A stretch of DNA of 64,000 nucleotides from Mustelus asterias (GCF_964213995.1 NC_135808.1:12648001-12712000); one strand, 5' to 3'. Positions 25,546 to 38,720 are shown, numbered from the stretch's first letter. The notes: generated by a model not told the origin, from the letters alone. Translations and numbers: made by a program.

Positions 25546-26500
25546 TTTTTTCTCCAAAAATATATTTTATGAATGAAGTATCTGCAAGAACATTACATTC
25601 AAAACTGGTCACGCAAAGTGCAATAGCATTTAGTTCTTTACATTCAGTAACAGTCTGAGAAGGTTCGGTATAATCAAGGAAATGTTAGACTTTACTAATG
25701 GTCGTCCAAATGTTGCGATGGTTATTAAAGGTTGTATACATAGAACGAGTTGCACTCCAAGGTGCTTCAGTACAAACTGAGATACATGTAATATTCACTG
25801 CATTTAGTGAGTCATTCAGCCCAAGGGAGTTCTGCATCGTTCAATTCACTGTGGCTTAGATAGTGACCTTCCCCATTGCACCTCTGCAGCAGCTGCCCCA
25901 AGCTTTAGTGTGTCCCTCAGTACATAGTCCTGGGTTCTGGAAAAGTGCCAGTTTGAAACACGCACTCGGGACAACTTCTTATACTCCAAGGCCAACAGGT
26001 TTTGGGCAGACCAAAGAGTGTCTTTCACCGAGTTGATGATCCTTCAGCAACATCAGATGTTTGTCTCTGCCAGGGAACAGTCCCGAGAGCACAGAGTTGC
26101 TCGGGACAAACCTCGACAAAAACCACTTCATCTCTCTCCAGACCTTCTTTGCAAAGGCACATTGCACAAAGAGGTGGACAAAGGCCTCTTTCCCACCAGT
26201 CACGTGCAGATGGGGTGGGATTGTGGATGTGTAGAAAGGATCTCACCACCAGCCCAGCTAGTCTTGGCGCTTGTTTGAAAGTTCTGATGAGGCATTCTGT
26301 CAGATGACTTTGACAGTCTAGTCAGGGAACCATCCGATAAAATCCACCATCTCCTTTTCCTGTAGGGCCTCTTGGATGTTACATGCAGACACTGTGATCA
26401 AGTGTTTTTCCGCATAAGCCTTCCCATGAGGGACAAGTGGTATGGCATGGTCCAGCAATTTGGAGCGATCTGCAGGAGCATGGCTAAACCCATTCTTCAC
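25546..26500 (-). mobile_element. Tx1-clade non-LTR retrotransposon 3' fragment
   Basis: Degenerate C-terminal zinc-knuckle region (GGKEAFVHLFVQCAFAKKVW; KDTLWSAQNLL). Tail cataaaatatatttttggagaaaaaa is followed by U2-like sequence. Confidence 0.72.
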
Positions 26501-27854
26501 AACACCAGGGACAGGTAGAGCACCAGTACATAATGACGGTGTTTGCGTACCGTGGATCTATACACAGCTTGATACAGCCACACACAAAAGGTGGCCACCA
26601 GGGACATCCCCCCACCCCATATCTAAAGGCTTTTGCATCACATCCCTACGAACACGCTCCATTGGTAACCCCCCCCCCCCCCAAGTTGAAGCAGAAAATT
26701 GCTCGGGTGATTTTCACAGCTCAGGAGCAAGGAATGGGCCAGACCTGCACCACATACAGCAACACCAAGAGTGCCTCACACCTAATGACCAGATTCTTAC
26801 CTGCAATGGAGAGTGATCATTGCTCCCACAGACCCAGTTTTCATTATAGCTACTCCCTCCCTCCAATTTTTAATGCATGCCCCTGGTTCCCCCCAAACCA
26901 CTTCCCCAGCATTCTCAGGCGACAGTGAAGGGGACTCAGGATTGGTCTACCCACTTCTCAAAGAACATGGACTTGCTCTTGTCACGATTTACCTTGGCAA
27001 CCGAGGCCAGTTTGAACCAGTCACAGATGTTGATTTTCATTTCACAAAAAGAATTTTATTGTGTACAACAAGTACCACGAGGAGAGGATCTACCTCTCAA
27101 ATATTAAATTTTCAAAACTTCTTTCCAAAGTAACAGGAAGACAGTTGACAACAAGTGAAAATGGAATGTCAGTCACTTGGTTAAGCTTATATTTGCATGG
27201 ACTGGGACAAATTTCTTACCCATATAGTACCTTTGATTTGAACAGAAATTCAAGTGTAGGAATCAAATCATCTGATCGGTCAGGCTATAAATATAGCGAA
27301 CAGCCAGCATACCCCGGCTCAACATTTATATAGATTTGCAATGTGTTTGCAAAAGAAAAGCATGGCATTGCACACCACAATTCGTGAATCAAACATCTGA
27401 ATAAAGTGGCATGTGTCTTTAATTTAACTGGGGTGTTTCTGTTACAAGGGCTTCCAAACTCTCATTAAACCACAGATAAAACATAAAAGAAGCTCGCTTA
27501 AGAGAGAAAGTGAAGCACATGTAAAATAAACAGGTCACTAGCTTGCTGCTACAGAATTAATGCGTTGTTCTTTCTACAGTGTTGGAATTTGGAAGATAGT
27601 CTCCTAGCTTGTCAGCACTCACTTTAAACTGGAGTGTTGAGAAAATTGAAATTAGCAGAAAACTAAAGAAAGCTGGAGAACATTAAACGTTTGCAAGTAA
27701 GTGTTTAAAGTGGCTGCAGATTGGAGACATTTCCAGTGAGATACCAGTTTCCAAAAAGCTAGAATATTCAAGTTGGAAATGGAGTATGGGAGATTTAGTT
27801 AGAATCTATGAATAAGCTGTATTGCTTAATTTATTATAAGTTAAAGCATGTATA

Positions 27855-27951
27855 AATGTACAAAACGGCCAATAAAAATGTACAAAATGGCCAATAAAAA
27901 TGTACAAAACGGCCAATAAAAATGTACAAAACGGCCAATAAAAATGTACAA
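27855..27951 (+). repeat. 22-bp minisatellite (~4.4 copies) in the predicted 3' UTR of cassette A
   Basis: Unit aatgtacaaaacggccaataaa; a minus-strand AATAAA lies at 27830-27835. Confidence 0.88.
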
Positions 27952-28178
27952 AGGCACAGCCAGCATACCTCTGTCTGTTTCAACTTTTGACTTGCAACTT
28001 AAAATGTACAAAGATGGAAAGAGGGGCATCAAAAACCATAGCCTTCCCCCAAAATCAAAAAGCAGTTCAAAAAATTTGGCCCATGTTCTGCTCACATTGA
28101 AAGCACACAAAGGGAAACTGCATTGGCTGTGCCATGCTCACAGGTAGTCAAAATCACAATCACAGTTTTTCATGTAAG

Positions 28179-28214
28179 TCATACTTCCAGGTCAGCACTC
28201 CTGGATTTTGGCTC
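28179..28214 (-). CDS. Terminal coding exon of cassette A: EPKSRSADLEV*
   Basis: Polypyrimidine acceptor ctctttttttctgtAG; phase 0 matches the previous exon. Confidence 0.75.
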   Translation of the reverse strand, partial: EPKSRSADLEV

Positions 28215-28821
28215 CTACAGAAAAAAAGAGAGAAAGGGGATTAAAATGTCTGCAAATGGCAGAAAAGCCTGATTTTTTTGATACAAAAATGAAGAAAAGC
28301 ACAGTTCTAACAGTTGGTGACTTGTAAACCATGTCATCATCACCCCATCTAACAATATGCCTTTTTTATGGACTCCACAATAATTCATGTATTTATTGCA
28401 TTTTATCTCTATACATGCAGCACTTTCAGAATTGCCCCATTTGCTAAAGCTTAGGCTCATAAAAGATCATTTACTGCAATATGATAAAGACAAATTGGTT
28501 ATAAGTTTACAGCTTTCTAGTGTTGAATATTTAATCCTCTTGTCTGCCTACATGGAGGGAATTGGTTTTATTTCATTTCACTTTTAGATATTGAACGGGG
28601 CTTAACAATAAAATATTCCCCATTTAGCTATCGGTCTCTGGTAACAAACCATGACATGGATGCATTCTGACAGTACAGTAGCTAGTGGAGCAGTTCCAGT
28701 CTTACAATCTTGAAGAGCAATTTCAATTTGTTGCACACTTACAAGAACATTCATTTATAGGAAGTTTCGGAGCAACACATGTATATCTAACTTGTCACTT
28801 GCATTTGATCAGAATACTTAC

Positions 28822-28901
28822 AGAAATTTCATGTTGCCTTGACACCGAATAGGAGTATGGCTGACGTCCAGTTTTCCATTTTTTAATTTTGCATATCAAA
28901 C
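28822..28901 (-). CDS. Juxtamembrane cytoplasmic exon of cassette A: (C)LICKIKKWKTGRQPYSYSVSRQHEIS
   Basis: caacAG acceptor and GTAAGT donor, 80 nt, phase 1 to 0; basic stop-transfer cluster. Confidence 0.8.
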
Positions 28902-28941
28902 CTGTTGATGGCAATATATAATGAATCATATTGAATTGATT

Positions 28942-29219
28942 AAGTTTATTAGTCACAACTAGGCTTACATTAACTCTGCAATGAAGTTACTGTGAAAATT
29001 CCTTAGTCGCGACTCTGTCGCCTGTTCGGGTACACTGAGGGAGATATAGCATGGCTCATGCATCTCACCTGCACATCTTTCAGACGGTGGAAGGAAACCG
29101 GAGCAACTCTACGCAGACACAGGGAGAATGTGCAGACTCCACACAGACAGTGACCCAAGCCGGGATCGAATCCAGGTCCCCGGCGCTGTGAGGCAGCAGT
29201 GCTAACCACTGTGCTGCCC
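28942..29219 (-). mobile_element. tRNA SINE (alternative-tail subfamily)
   Basis: Head gggcagcacagtggttagcactgctgcc; tail tgtgactaataaactt. Confidence 0.8.
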
Positions 29220-30000
29220 ACTAGATTATCAGTCTGCAATTTCCTTCCCCCATTAAAACATTTTTCTTCCAAATTTTACCATAGTGTACCAAAGTTGAAC
29301 AACTTGCATGAACACCCATTTCCATATTACTGATCTGCTTATTTTGCTGCCCCTGCTGGAGAGAGGAATGTCCCAGGAACGTTAAGCCCCTTCAAAATGT
29401 TATGGCATGGGTCCTGCAGCCACAGGAATAAGACAGCCAAAAGGAGGAAACGCAGTAAGGAAGATGCAAGGTGAACAACTGGTCACATATTAAACAAAAT
29501 GTCTTCGACCTAGCAAACAAATGGATTCGTTTGGGCCAGGCTGGGCTACAAGAGGAACTTCCATATCGTCTTCACTGCATACGTAAAATCTTGCTTCAGA
29601 AATACTAGTTATTTGTACCTGGTTAAGTCAACCACAACTGAGGACTCCAGTGTTCAGAAATTCTGAGCTTATGAGTTTGTAATTTAAAAACTTACAACTT
29701 GGAAACCCGAAAAACTTACAACCACCACTTAAAAAAGGTGCAAGAAAACCAAAACCCCTTTCTGTTGAAGACAGGTAGTGAGAGGATACATTGGTGTTGC
29801 TTAAATTAACCCCCACTCCTGTTTTTAACAATCAGTAAAACCTAGTGGATAGTCAAGGGCTAACTGCTAAAGGTACAAAACTCTCAATATGTGCTCATGG
29901 AGTGAGTGAAGTCAAAAGTTTCAGGCAGTCACAATTTATTCCCACTTTGTAGCCATTACAACAGTTTTAAAATGAAACTCACTGCATCGTCAATACTTAC

Positions 30001-30093
30001 ACATGATTACAAGTGCAGCGATGAATACCACCACAGTAGAAATTACAATTATTTGTACATTGTTTGCTGGTTCTGATGGCTCACATTCTTTAC
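30001..30093 (-). CDS. Stalk/transmembrane exon of cassette A: (G)KECEPSEPANNVQIIVISTVVVFIAALVIM
   Basis: atttcAG acceptor and GTAAGT donor, 93 nt, phase 1-1, hydrophobic helix. Confidence 0.85.
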
Positions 30094-30513
30094 CTGAAAT
30101 AGATTTTACATAAACACAGTTTTAATTAGCACATTAACTGAAAGACTCACTACAACACACAACCACGTTATGGAAAGTAACTAGACATTCAGCCGTGGCA
30201 TCTTGATTACATCACAACTACAAGAAATCTTTGGTTCCCAACTTGCACTGCCTGCACCATCTCCGGTACATTTGGCATCAAGACTTTGCTGTCTGAAAAC
30301 AAATCTCAGCAGCAGATCTGTCTTCGTAAGACAGCAGGTTACATCAGACAATGCCATGAGAGAACTGCTTTAATCAATACACATGGACGCCTGGAGACCA
30401 GTGATCTAATTTCTGAAACTATGGCTGCTGCTATAAACCAGAATTGGCACACCAAAGTTGCATTCGTTGGAAGCATCTGTTTACACATCTGGACATATAT
30501 GCACTGTAAGTAC

Positions 30514-30785
30514 AGTAGCACAGTGATTCGCACTGCTACCTCAGCTCCAGGGACATGGAATCAATTCCAGCCTTGGGTGACTGCCTGTGTGGAGTGTGTA
30601 CATTCTCCGTGTGTCTGCGTGTGTTTCCTCCGAGTGCTCTGGTTCCTCCCACAGTCCAAAAATGGGTAGGTTATGTGGATTAGCGGGGTAAGTGCATGGT
30701 GTAACTGGGATAGGATGAGGGTTGGGCTCGAGTCGGAGTCAGACTCAAAAGTCCAAATGGCCTCCTTCTGCACTGTCGGAATTCA
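30514..30785 (+). mobile_element. Degenerate HE1-like SINE
   Basis: SINE core tgtgtggagtgtgtacattctccgtgtgtctgcg and CR1-type tail. Confidence 0.7.
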
Positions 30786-30935
30786 AATGCTGTTAGCATT
30801 CTCTGTCCATTAATTTGAAGAGCATTAATGAGCAATAGTCATTTGTATGTGTCACTTTGTGAACCAAGCTCTGATGATCTGATGCTGAAAGAATCGGTGT
30901 CGTAGTTTCAGGGCATTCCATTGTCTGCTCAATGG

Positions 30936-32073
30936 AACAAAGGACAAAGAAAATTACAGCACAGGAACAAGCCCTTCAGCCCTCCAAGCCTGTACCGACC
31001 ATGCTGCCTGAATGAACTAAAACCCTATACCCTTCCGGGGACCATATCCCTCTATTCCCATCCTATTCATGTATTTGTCAAGACGCCCCTTAAAAGTCAC
31101 TACCGTATCTGCTTCCACTGCCTCTCCCAGCAACGAGTTTCAGGCACCCAGCACCCTCTGTAAAAAATCTGCCTCGTACATCTCCTTTAAACCTTACTCC
31201 TCGCACCTTAAACCTGTGCCCCCTAATAATTGACTCTTCCACCCTGGGAAAAAGCTTCTGACTATCGATTCTGTCCATACCTCTCAATCTTGTAGACTTC
31301 TATCAGGTCACCCCTCAACCTCCGTCGTTCCAGTGAGAACAAACCAAGTTTCTCCAACCTCTCCTCATTGCTAATGCCGTCCATATCAGGCAACATCCTG
31401 GTAAATCTTTTCTGTACCCTCTCCAAAGCCTCCTCATCCTTCTGGTAGTGTGGCGACCAGAATTGAACACTATATTCCAAGTGCAGCCTAACTAAGGTTC
31501 TATCAAGCTGCAACATGACTTGCCTATTTTTAAACTCAATGCCCCGGCTGATGAAGGCAAGCATGCCGTATGCCTTCTTGACTACCATTGCCACTTTCAG
31601 TGACCTGTGTACCTGTACACCCAGATCCCTTTGCCTATCAATACTCTCAAGGGTTCTGCCATTTACTGGTCCTCATTGCTATCCGCAAATCCACCAACTT
31701 TTGTGTCGTCCGCAAACTTACTAACCAAACCAGTTACATTTTCCTCCAAATCATTGATACGTATTACAAGCAGCAAAGGTCCCAGCACTGATCCCTGAGG
31801 AATGCCACTTGTCACAGCCCTCCATTCAGAAACGCACCCTTCCACCGCTACCCTCTGTCTTCTTTGACCGAGCCAGTTTTGTATCCACCTTGCCAGCTCA
31901 CCTCTGATCCCATGCGACTTCACCTTCTGCACCAGTCTGCCATGAGGGACCTTGTCAAAGGCCTTACTGAAGTCCATGTAGACAACATCCACTGCCCTAT
32001 CCTCATCAATCATCTTCGTCACTTCCTCAAAAAACTTGATCAAGTTCATGAGACACGACCTCCCCTTCACAAA
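30936..32073 (-). mobile_element. 5'-truncated CR1, same subfamily as 21960-23191 but inverted
   Basis: ORFs 31663-32070 and 31262-31594; shares HGIRGELARWIQNWLGQRRQRV. Confidence 0.88.
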
Positions 32074-32414
32074 ATCATAGAATCATAGAAACCCTACAGT
32101 GCAGAAGGAGGCCATTCGGCCCATCGAGTCTGCACCGACCACAATCCCACCCAGGCCCTACCCCCACATATATATCCGCTAATCCCTCCAACCTACACAT
32201 CCCAGGACTCCAAGGGGCAATCTTTAACCTGGCCAATCAACCTAACCAGCACATCTTTGGACTGTGGGAGGAAACCGGAGCACCCGAAGGAAACCCACGC
32301 AGACACGAGGAGAATGTGCAAACTCCACACAGACAGTGACCCAAGCCGGGAATCGAACCCGGGACCCTGGAGCTGTGAAGCAGCAGTGCTAACCACTGTG
32401 CTACCGTGCCGCCC
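32074..32414 (-). mobile_element. HE1-like SINE (young)
   Basis: Near-identical to 16488-16836. Confidence 0.9.
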
Positions 32415-33024
32415 TATCATGGCGCTTCTCACTAATACGCTCATTTATTTCCAAGTGAGAATAAATCCTGTCTGTCTCGAAGAATCCTCTCCAATAATTT
32501 CCCTACCACTGATGGAAGGGGCGGGAAAGATTGGAAAGAAGCACTGCTTTTTCACAGGAGATCGTGAAGTAAATAATGCAATAAGCACCACACAACTGAT
32601 CCTGGATCACTTACAATACAAACAGTATTGCTTTAAGTGCGCAACTTACATTATAAGTACAGATATTATCTGTACTTAATTAATTGAACTAGAATACAAA
32701 GGTTGATAATTGTCATTCTTCAAATGAACAGAAATTATCCAAAGCTCTGAGCACCAAAATATGCACTTTAATCTGGTGCTAAAAAGGTTAATACTGATGG
32801 GACTTGTGACCAAAGAGGCCACCTAAAATGGTGATTTACAGAGTATGCTGGGATAATTGGACAAGCACCGAAACAGCAGGCTGCAGCTTAACAGACAGAG
32901 ATAAACAGGCTACAGCTCAGACGACTGAATACACAGGAAATAGGCCATCCCAAAGACAACGGACACTTTCTGGTCAAACATACTTGTTTACCAGACAAAG
33001 TGGAGCCTTAACCCCTTATTTCGG

Positions 33025-33650
33025 ATGATGTGGAGATGCCGGCATTGGACTGGGTTAGGCACAGTAAGTAGTCTCACAACACCAGGTTAAAGTCCAACAG
33101 GTTTATTTGGTAGCACGAGCTTTCAGAGCACTGCCCCTTCATCAGTTGAGTGAAGAGTTCAGTTCACAAACACAGCATATATAGACACAAACTCAATTAC
33201 AAGATAATGGTTGGAATGCGAGTCTTTACAGGTACAGACAATGTGAGTGGAGAGAGGGTTAAGCACAGGTTAAAGAGATGTGAATTGTCTCCAACCAGGA
33301 CAGTTAGTGAGATTTTGCAAACCCAGGCAAGTCGTGGGGGTTACAGATAGTGTGACATGAACCCAAGATCCTGGTTGAGGCTTGCAAAATCTCACGAACT
33401 GTCCTGGTTGGAGACAACTCACATCTCTTTAACTGGTGCTTAACCCTCTCTCCACTCACATGGTCAGCATCTGTAAAGATTTGATTACCTGTAAAGACTC
33501 GCATTCCAACCATTATCTTGTAATTGAGTCTGTGTCTATATATGCCCTGTTTGTGAACTGAACTCTTCACTCACTTGGCAACGCCCTGAAAGTTTGTGCT
33601 ACCAAATAAACCTGTTGGACTTTAACCAGGTATTGAGAGACTTCTTACTG
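33025..33650. mobile_element. Non-coding Penelope-like fold-back insertion
   Basis: Inverted arms about ~33380; ccttattt on both flanks. One intact hammerhead and one with a deleted core. Confidence 0.85.
33114..33149 (-). ncRNA. Minimal hammerhead ribozyme (UC cleavage site)
   Basis: caa-CTGATGA-aggggcagtgctct-GAAA-gc-TC-gtg. Confidence 0.62.
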
Positions 33651-35389
33651 TCCTTATTTGCGAGGGAGGTGTATGACCTACGTGCCTCCGGCACCTACAG
33701 GCATGACCGTTGGGTACACACCCAGAGATCGGTGTGGCAGCACCTAATTGGATTCTTATCGATCAGGGTGATCAAGCCCTGATCGATTGATTGACAAGAA
33801 TCAGGAGACCGCCCAAAAGGACACAAAACCAAGGAGGGATTAAAGGTGCTGCACAACAGAAGAAGCTCTCTCTCTGACCCCATGAATGAGCAACAACAAC
33901 AGTGACCATCACCAGCAACGACCAGCACGAGGAGAGCCACCACACCCAAGGAGGAAGAAAGACCAGAGCCAGAGTGTCACACCAGACCAAAGGACCAGAC
34001 TACGCAGAGCACGACAGAGACCAACACGTGGATGAAGGCCAATATCTGCCTAGGTACTTGTCAGTCACACAAAAGTTAAGTCAAGGTCTCGTACTGGACT
34101 TGAACTTTAGTATTTCTGGGTGACTATTAATTGTGTTTAAATAAATATTGTTGTACGAACAAGAAGTCTACTTGCAATTTTGTGTCCACCGTATAAGGGT
34201 TAAAACAGACTGTGCGGAAGGCACAACAGGCTGACTGCATCCTAGCCTTTCAGAACTTTGCTGTGGTGCCCATATGAGGGGGCAGGATTCTGTACCATAC
34301 AAAAGGGTGGTGAGGATTATGACCCAGTAGACTTTTGATTTTGGCCTTCAGTTTAAGGCCGTTCTGCTTGCAAACATGACTGTGGAACCAGCCATAGGGA
34401 GAATTTTATTTCTGGATACATACACTGGTATTTTCAAGAGACACATCCCTCAAGAAGCTCACTAAGGTATGAGAATTATTGCAAAATTTTAAGACTGGTG
34501 TCATCAATGGTTATGCCTGTTGTTTTATCAAATGTGCTTGGGGCTTCCACCAAACATACACAATTTAACAGCAAAAAGTCCTTCATTATGCTGATCTCAA
34601 CAGCATGCAGACCACCCTGTCGAAAATTTAGCTGTTGGATTACTTTCAATTAGTTAGGTCGACTGTGCTTCCCACATGGATGGCTATAGGATCCCCAAGC
34701 TATTCAAGAGCACTAGAATACTGACAGCTTTTGTGGACTTAACCTCTCACCCCTGAACCCTTTCTTTCTGTCCTTAGAAATAAACTAATCTCCATTCTCC
34801 CAAATAATCCATCAGGATTCCCACAAGCAGAGGGTTGGATGACTCCTCATCAATATTCCATTGCCCACATTGGGAAGCTTTCCACACTCTGAAGTAAACA
34901 GACAGATTTTTATTTGGGTGCTGCAAGTGTGCATCACCAACCTGTGATTTTCCATCCTGCTCTTCTCTTGTCAGGCAAAGATATTCTTACATTAACACAC
35001 TATGAGGGGCGTGCGCAGAGTGGATAACGAGCAGCTGTTCCCCTTAGTTGAAGGGTCAGTCACGGGGGGGGGGGGGGTTTGGAGAGAAAGAGATATGAGG
35101 AAAAATTTTACTCAGAGGGTGATGACAATCTGGAATGCGCTACCTGGGAGGGTGATAAGAGACGGGTTGCCTCATATCCTTTAAAAAGTACCTGGATAAG
35201 CACTTGGCATGTCATAACATTCAAAGCGCTGGTAGATGGGAATAGGTGGGACGTCAGGTGTTTCTCGCGTGTCGGTACAGACTCAATGGACCGTATGATT
35301 CTATGATTTTATACCTTTAGCAAGAATGATTTTAATGCACAAGAATACAATATTGAACTTAACTACGAAATGGAATGGGCTTGACTCAC

Positions 35390-35674
35390 CGTAAACAGAA
35401 AGAGTGTTCCAATAAACAGAGGGAGAGAAAGAACAGTTCTTCCTACTAACAGGGTTCTCCATGGTGCAAGTGTAGATCACAAAGTCTAATTTGTCGGCTT
35501 TAAAAATAATCAACGTGCTGTTACTTCGCATCAAGTGATGGCGTTGACTGTTTGTTATCATTCTGCTATCCTTCCACCACAGAATGGAACTTGCTTTCCC
35601 CGCTGGCACTTGACAGGTCAGTTCAATGGTGCCATTCACACAGGTGCCATTGATTGAAAGTTCAGAAAGTGGAT
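35390..35674 (-). CDS. IgC2 domain exon of a CD2/CD58/SLAM-like receptor
   Basis: ttctctcttgcAG acceptor and GTGAGT donor, 285 nt, phase 1-1. (D)PLSELSINGTCVNGTIELTC...ILWWKD...YTCTMENPVSRKNC has four Cys and the CxxxNPVS motif typical of CD2-family C2 domains. Confidence 0.9.
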
Positions 35675-36033
35675 CTGCAAGAGAGAATAAGAAAAAGATA
35701 AAACTGGACTGACCATGAGGACTTCACTCCTTCACCTTAGGTTTGTGTAGTCCATAGAACTCTGTCCTTCACAGGTACCTCACTACATCAGTTCTGAACT
35801 GAACTTCTCGTGCCATAATTCTCCAACATAAAGGCAGTCAGCAGATTAGTTGACCAAGGGCACTATGGTGGCATGGCAGTTAGCACTGCTGCCTCACAGT
35901 GCCAGAGACCTGGGTTCGACTCCTGGCTTGGGTCACTGGCTGTGTGGAATCTACACGTTCACCTTGTGTCTGCGTGGGTTTCCTCCCACAGTCCGAAAGA
36001 TGTGCTGGTTAGATGCATTGGCCATACGAAATT

Positions 36034-38720
36034 AACATAAGAACTAGGAGCAGGAGTAGGCCATTTGGCCCCTCAAGCCTGCTCTGCCATTCAACAAGAT
36101 CATGGCTGGTCTTTTTGTTGACTCAGCTCCATTTACCCACCCGCTCACCATAACCCTTAATTCCTTCACTGTTCAAAAATCTCTCTTTGCCTTAAAAACA
36201 TTCAATGAGGTAGCCTCAACTGCTTCACTGGGCAGGGAATTCCACAGATTCACCACCCTGTGTGTGAAGAAATTCCTCCTCATCTCAGTCCTAAATCTAT
36301 TCCCCCTTGTTTTGAGGCCATGCACCCCAGTTCTGGTTTCACCTGCCAGTGGAAACAAGCTCCCTGCTTCTATCTTATCTATTCTCTTCATAATTTTATA
36401 TGTTTCTATCAGATTTCCCCCCCTCAGTCTTCTAAATTTCATTGAGTTTAGTCCCAGCTACTCAGTCTCTCTTCGTAAGCCAACCTCAACTCCAGGATCA
36501 ACCTAGTGAATCTCCTCCGCACCCCCTCCAGTGCCAGTATATCCTTTCTCAAGTAAGGAGACCAAAATTGTACACAGTACTCCAGGTGTGGCCTCACCAG
36601 CACCTTATACAGCTGCAACGTAACCTCGCTGTTTTTATACTCCATCTCTCTTGCAATGAAGGACAAAATTCCATTTGTCTTCTTAATTACTTACTGCACC
36701 TGCAAACCAACTTTTTGCGGTTCATGCACAAGGACACCCAGGTCCCTCTGCACAGCAGCATGCTGCAATTTTTTTACCACTTAAATAAGAGTCCATTTTA
36801 CTGTTATTCCTACCAAAATGGATGACCTCACATTTACCAACATTGTACTCCATCTGCCAGACCCTTGCCCACTCAAACTATCTATATCCCTTTACAAACA
36901 TTCAATCCCTCTGCACACTTTGCTCTACTACTCATCTTAGTGTTATCTGTGAACTTTGACACACTACAGTTGATCCCCAACTCCAAATCATCTATGTAAA
37001 TTGTAAACAATTGCAGTCCCAACACTGATCCCTGAGGCACACCACTAGTCAGATCGCCAACCAGAAAAACACCCATTTACCCCAACTCTTTGCTTTCTGT
37101 TGGTCAATTAATCCTCTATCCATGCTAATATATCACCCATAACACCATGCACCGTTATCTTATGCAGCAGCCTTTTGCGTGGCACCTTGTCAAATGCCTT
37201 CTGGAAATCCAGATACACCACATCCACTGGTTCCTGTTGCCCACCGCGCTCATAATGTCCCCAAAGAATTCCACTAAATTAAACATGACCTGCCTTTCAT
37301 GAACCCATACTGCGTCTTCCCAATGGGACAATTCATATCCACAGATATCTCACTATTTCTTCCTTGATAGACTCAAGCATTTTCCCCACCACAGAAGTTA
37401 AGCTAACCAGCCTATAGTTACCTGTCTTTTGTCTACCTCCTTTTTTAAACAGTGGCGTCACATTTGCTGTGTTCCAATCTGCCACCCAGATTCCAGCGAA
37501 ATTTGGAAAATTACCACTAGTGCACTTGCTATTTCCCCCGCCATCTCTTTTAGTACCCTGGGATGCATTCCATCAGGGCCAGGAGACTTGTCTACCTTTA
37601 GCCCCATTAGCTTGCCCAACACTGCTTCTTTAGTGATAATGATAGTTTCTAGGTCCTCATCTGCCATCGCCTTCTTGTCACCAATTTCTGTCGTGTTATT
37701 TGTGTCTTCCACTGTGAAGACCAACACAAAATACCTGCTCAATACCTCTGCCATTTTCTCATTTCCCATTATTAATTCCCCCTTCTCATCCTCTGAAGGA
37801 CCAATGTTTCGCTTAGCCACTCTTTTTTCTCATATATTTGTCAAAACCTTTTCTACCTGTTTTAATATTCTGACTGAGTTTACTCTCATAATCTATCTTA
37901 CTTTTCTTTATAGCTTTTTTCATAGCTGTCTGTTGACCTTTAAAGATTTCCCAATCCTCTAGTTTCCCACTATTCTTTGCCACTTTCTTTCAAATTGACA
38001 CCCTCCTTTATTTCCTTAGATATCCATGGCTGATTATCTCTTTTTCTACTGTCCTTCCTTATCACTGCTGAGCACTGTGAAAAATTGCTTTGAAAGTCCT
38101 CCACTGTTCCTCAATTGTCCCACCATAAAGTTTTGCTCCCAGTCTACGTGAGCCAACATCCCCCCTCATCCAATTGTAGTCTCCTTTGTTTAAGTACAAG
38201 AGATTGGTTTGGATTTTACCTTTTCACGCTCCGTTTGTATTTTAAATTCAACCATACTGTGATCGCTCCTTCCGAGAGGATCCCCAACTGTGAGATTGTT
38301 AATTATTCCTGTCTCATTACACAGGATCAGATCTAGGATAGCTTGCTCCCTCATTAGGTTCTATTACATATTGTTTGAGGAAACAATCATGGATGCATTC
38401 TATGAACTCCTCCTCAAGACTGCCTTGGCCAATCGACTAAAGTCCCCCATGATAATTGCCGCACCATTTTTACATGCGTCAATTATTTCCTTGTTTATTG
38501 TTTGCCCCACCGTGATATTATTTGACAGCCTATAGACTACACTGATCAGTGACTTTTTTTCCTTACTATTTCTAATTTCCACCCAAATGGATACAACGCT
38601 TTTCTCCATAGAACCTACATCATCTCTCACTACCAGCCTGATGTCATCCTTAAACATCAGAGCTACACCACCTCCCATACCTTCTTGTGTGTCCTTCCGA
38701 ATAGTCTGATACCCCTGGAT
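36034..38720 (-). mobile_element. Degenerate CR1 (EN to 3' end), intronic
   Basis: Fragmented ORFs with KSPGPDG, PQGSVLG and HLEYCVQFWSP motifs. Confidence 0.85.

Larger units (their letters stand above)
32805..34228 (+). mobile_element. Possible solo LTR interrupted by a Penelope-like insertion
   Basis: TGTGAC...CACAACA ends and AATAAA at ~34140; flanks gact/ggct are only an imperfect TSD. Confidence 0.4.

Noticed and set aside
24989-25658. Repetitive ORFs (HTEPHPTPPFS / GVGWGSVCVK) and CRISPR-like periodicity
   Set aside because: A 33-bp head-to-tail minisatellite with no unique spacers, open on both strands by composition, lying between two retroelement fragments.
33560-33600. Ninth hammerhead ribozyme
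   Set aside because: The CTGANGA core is deleted in this arm.
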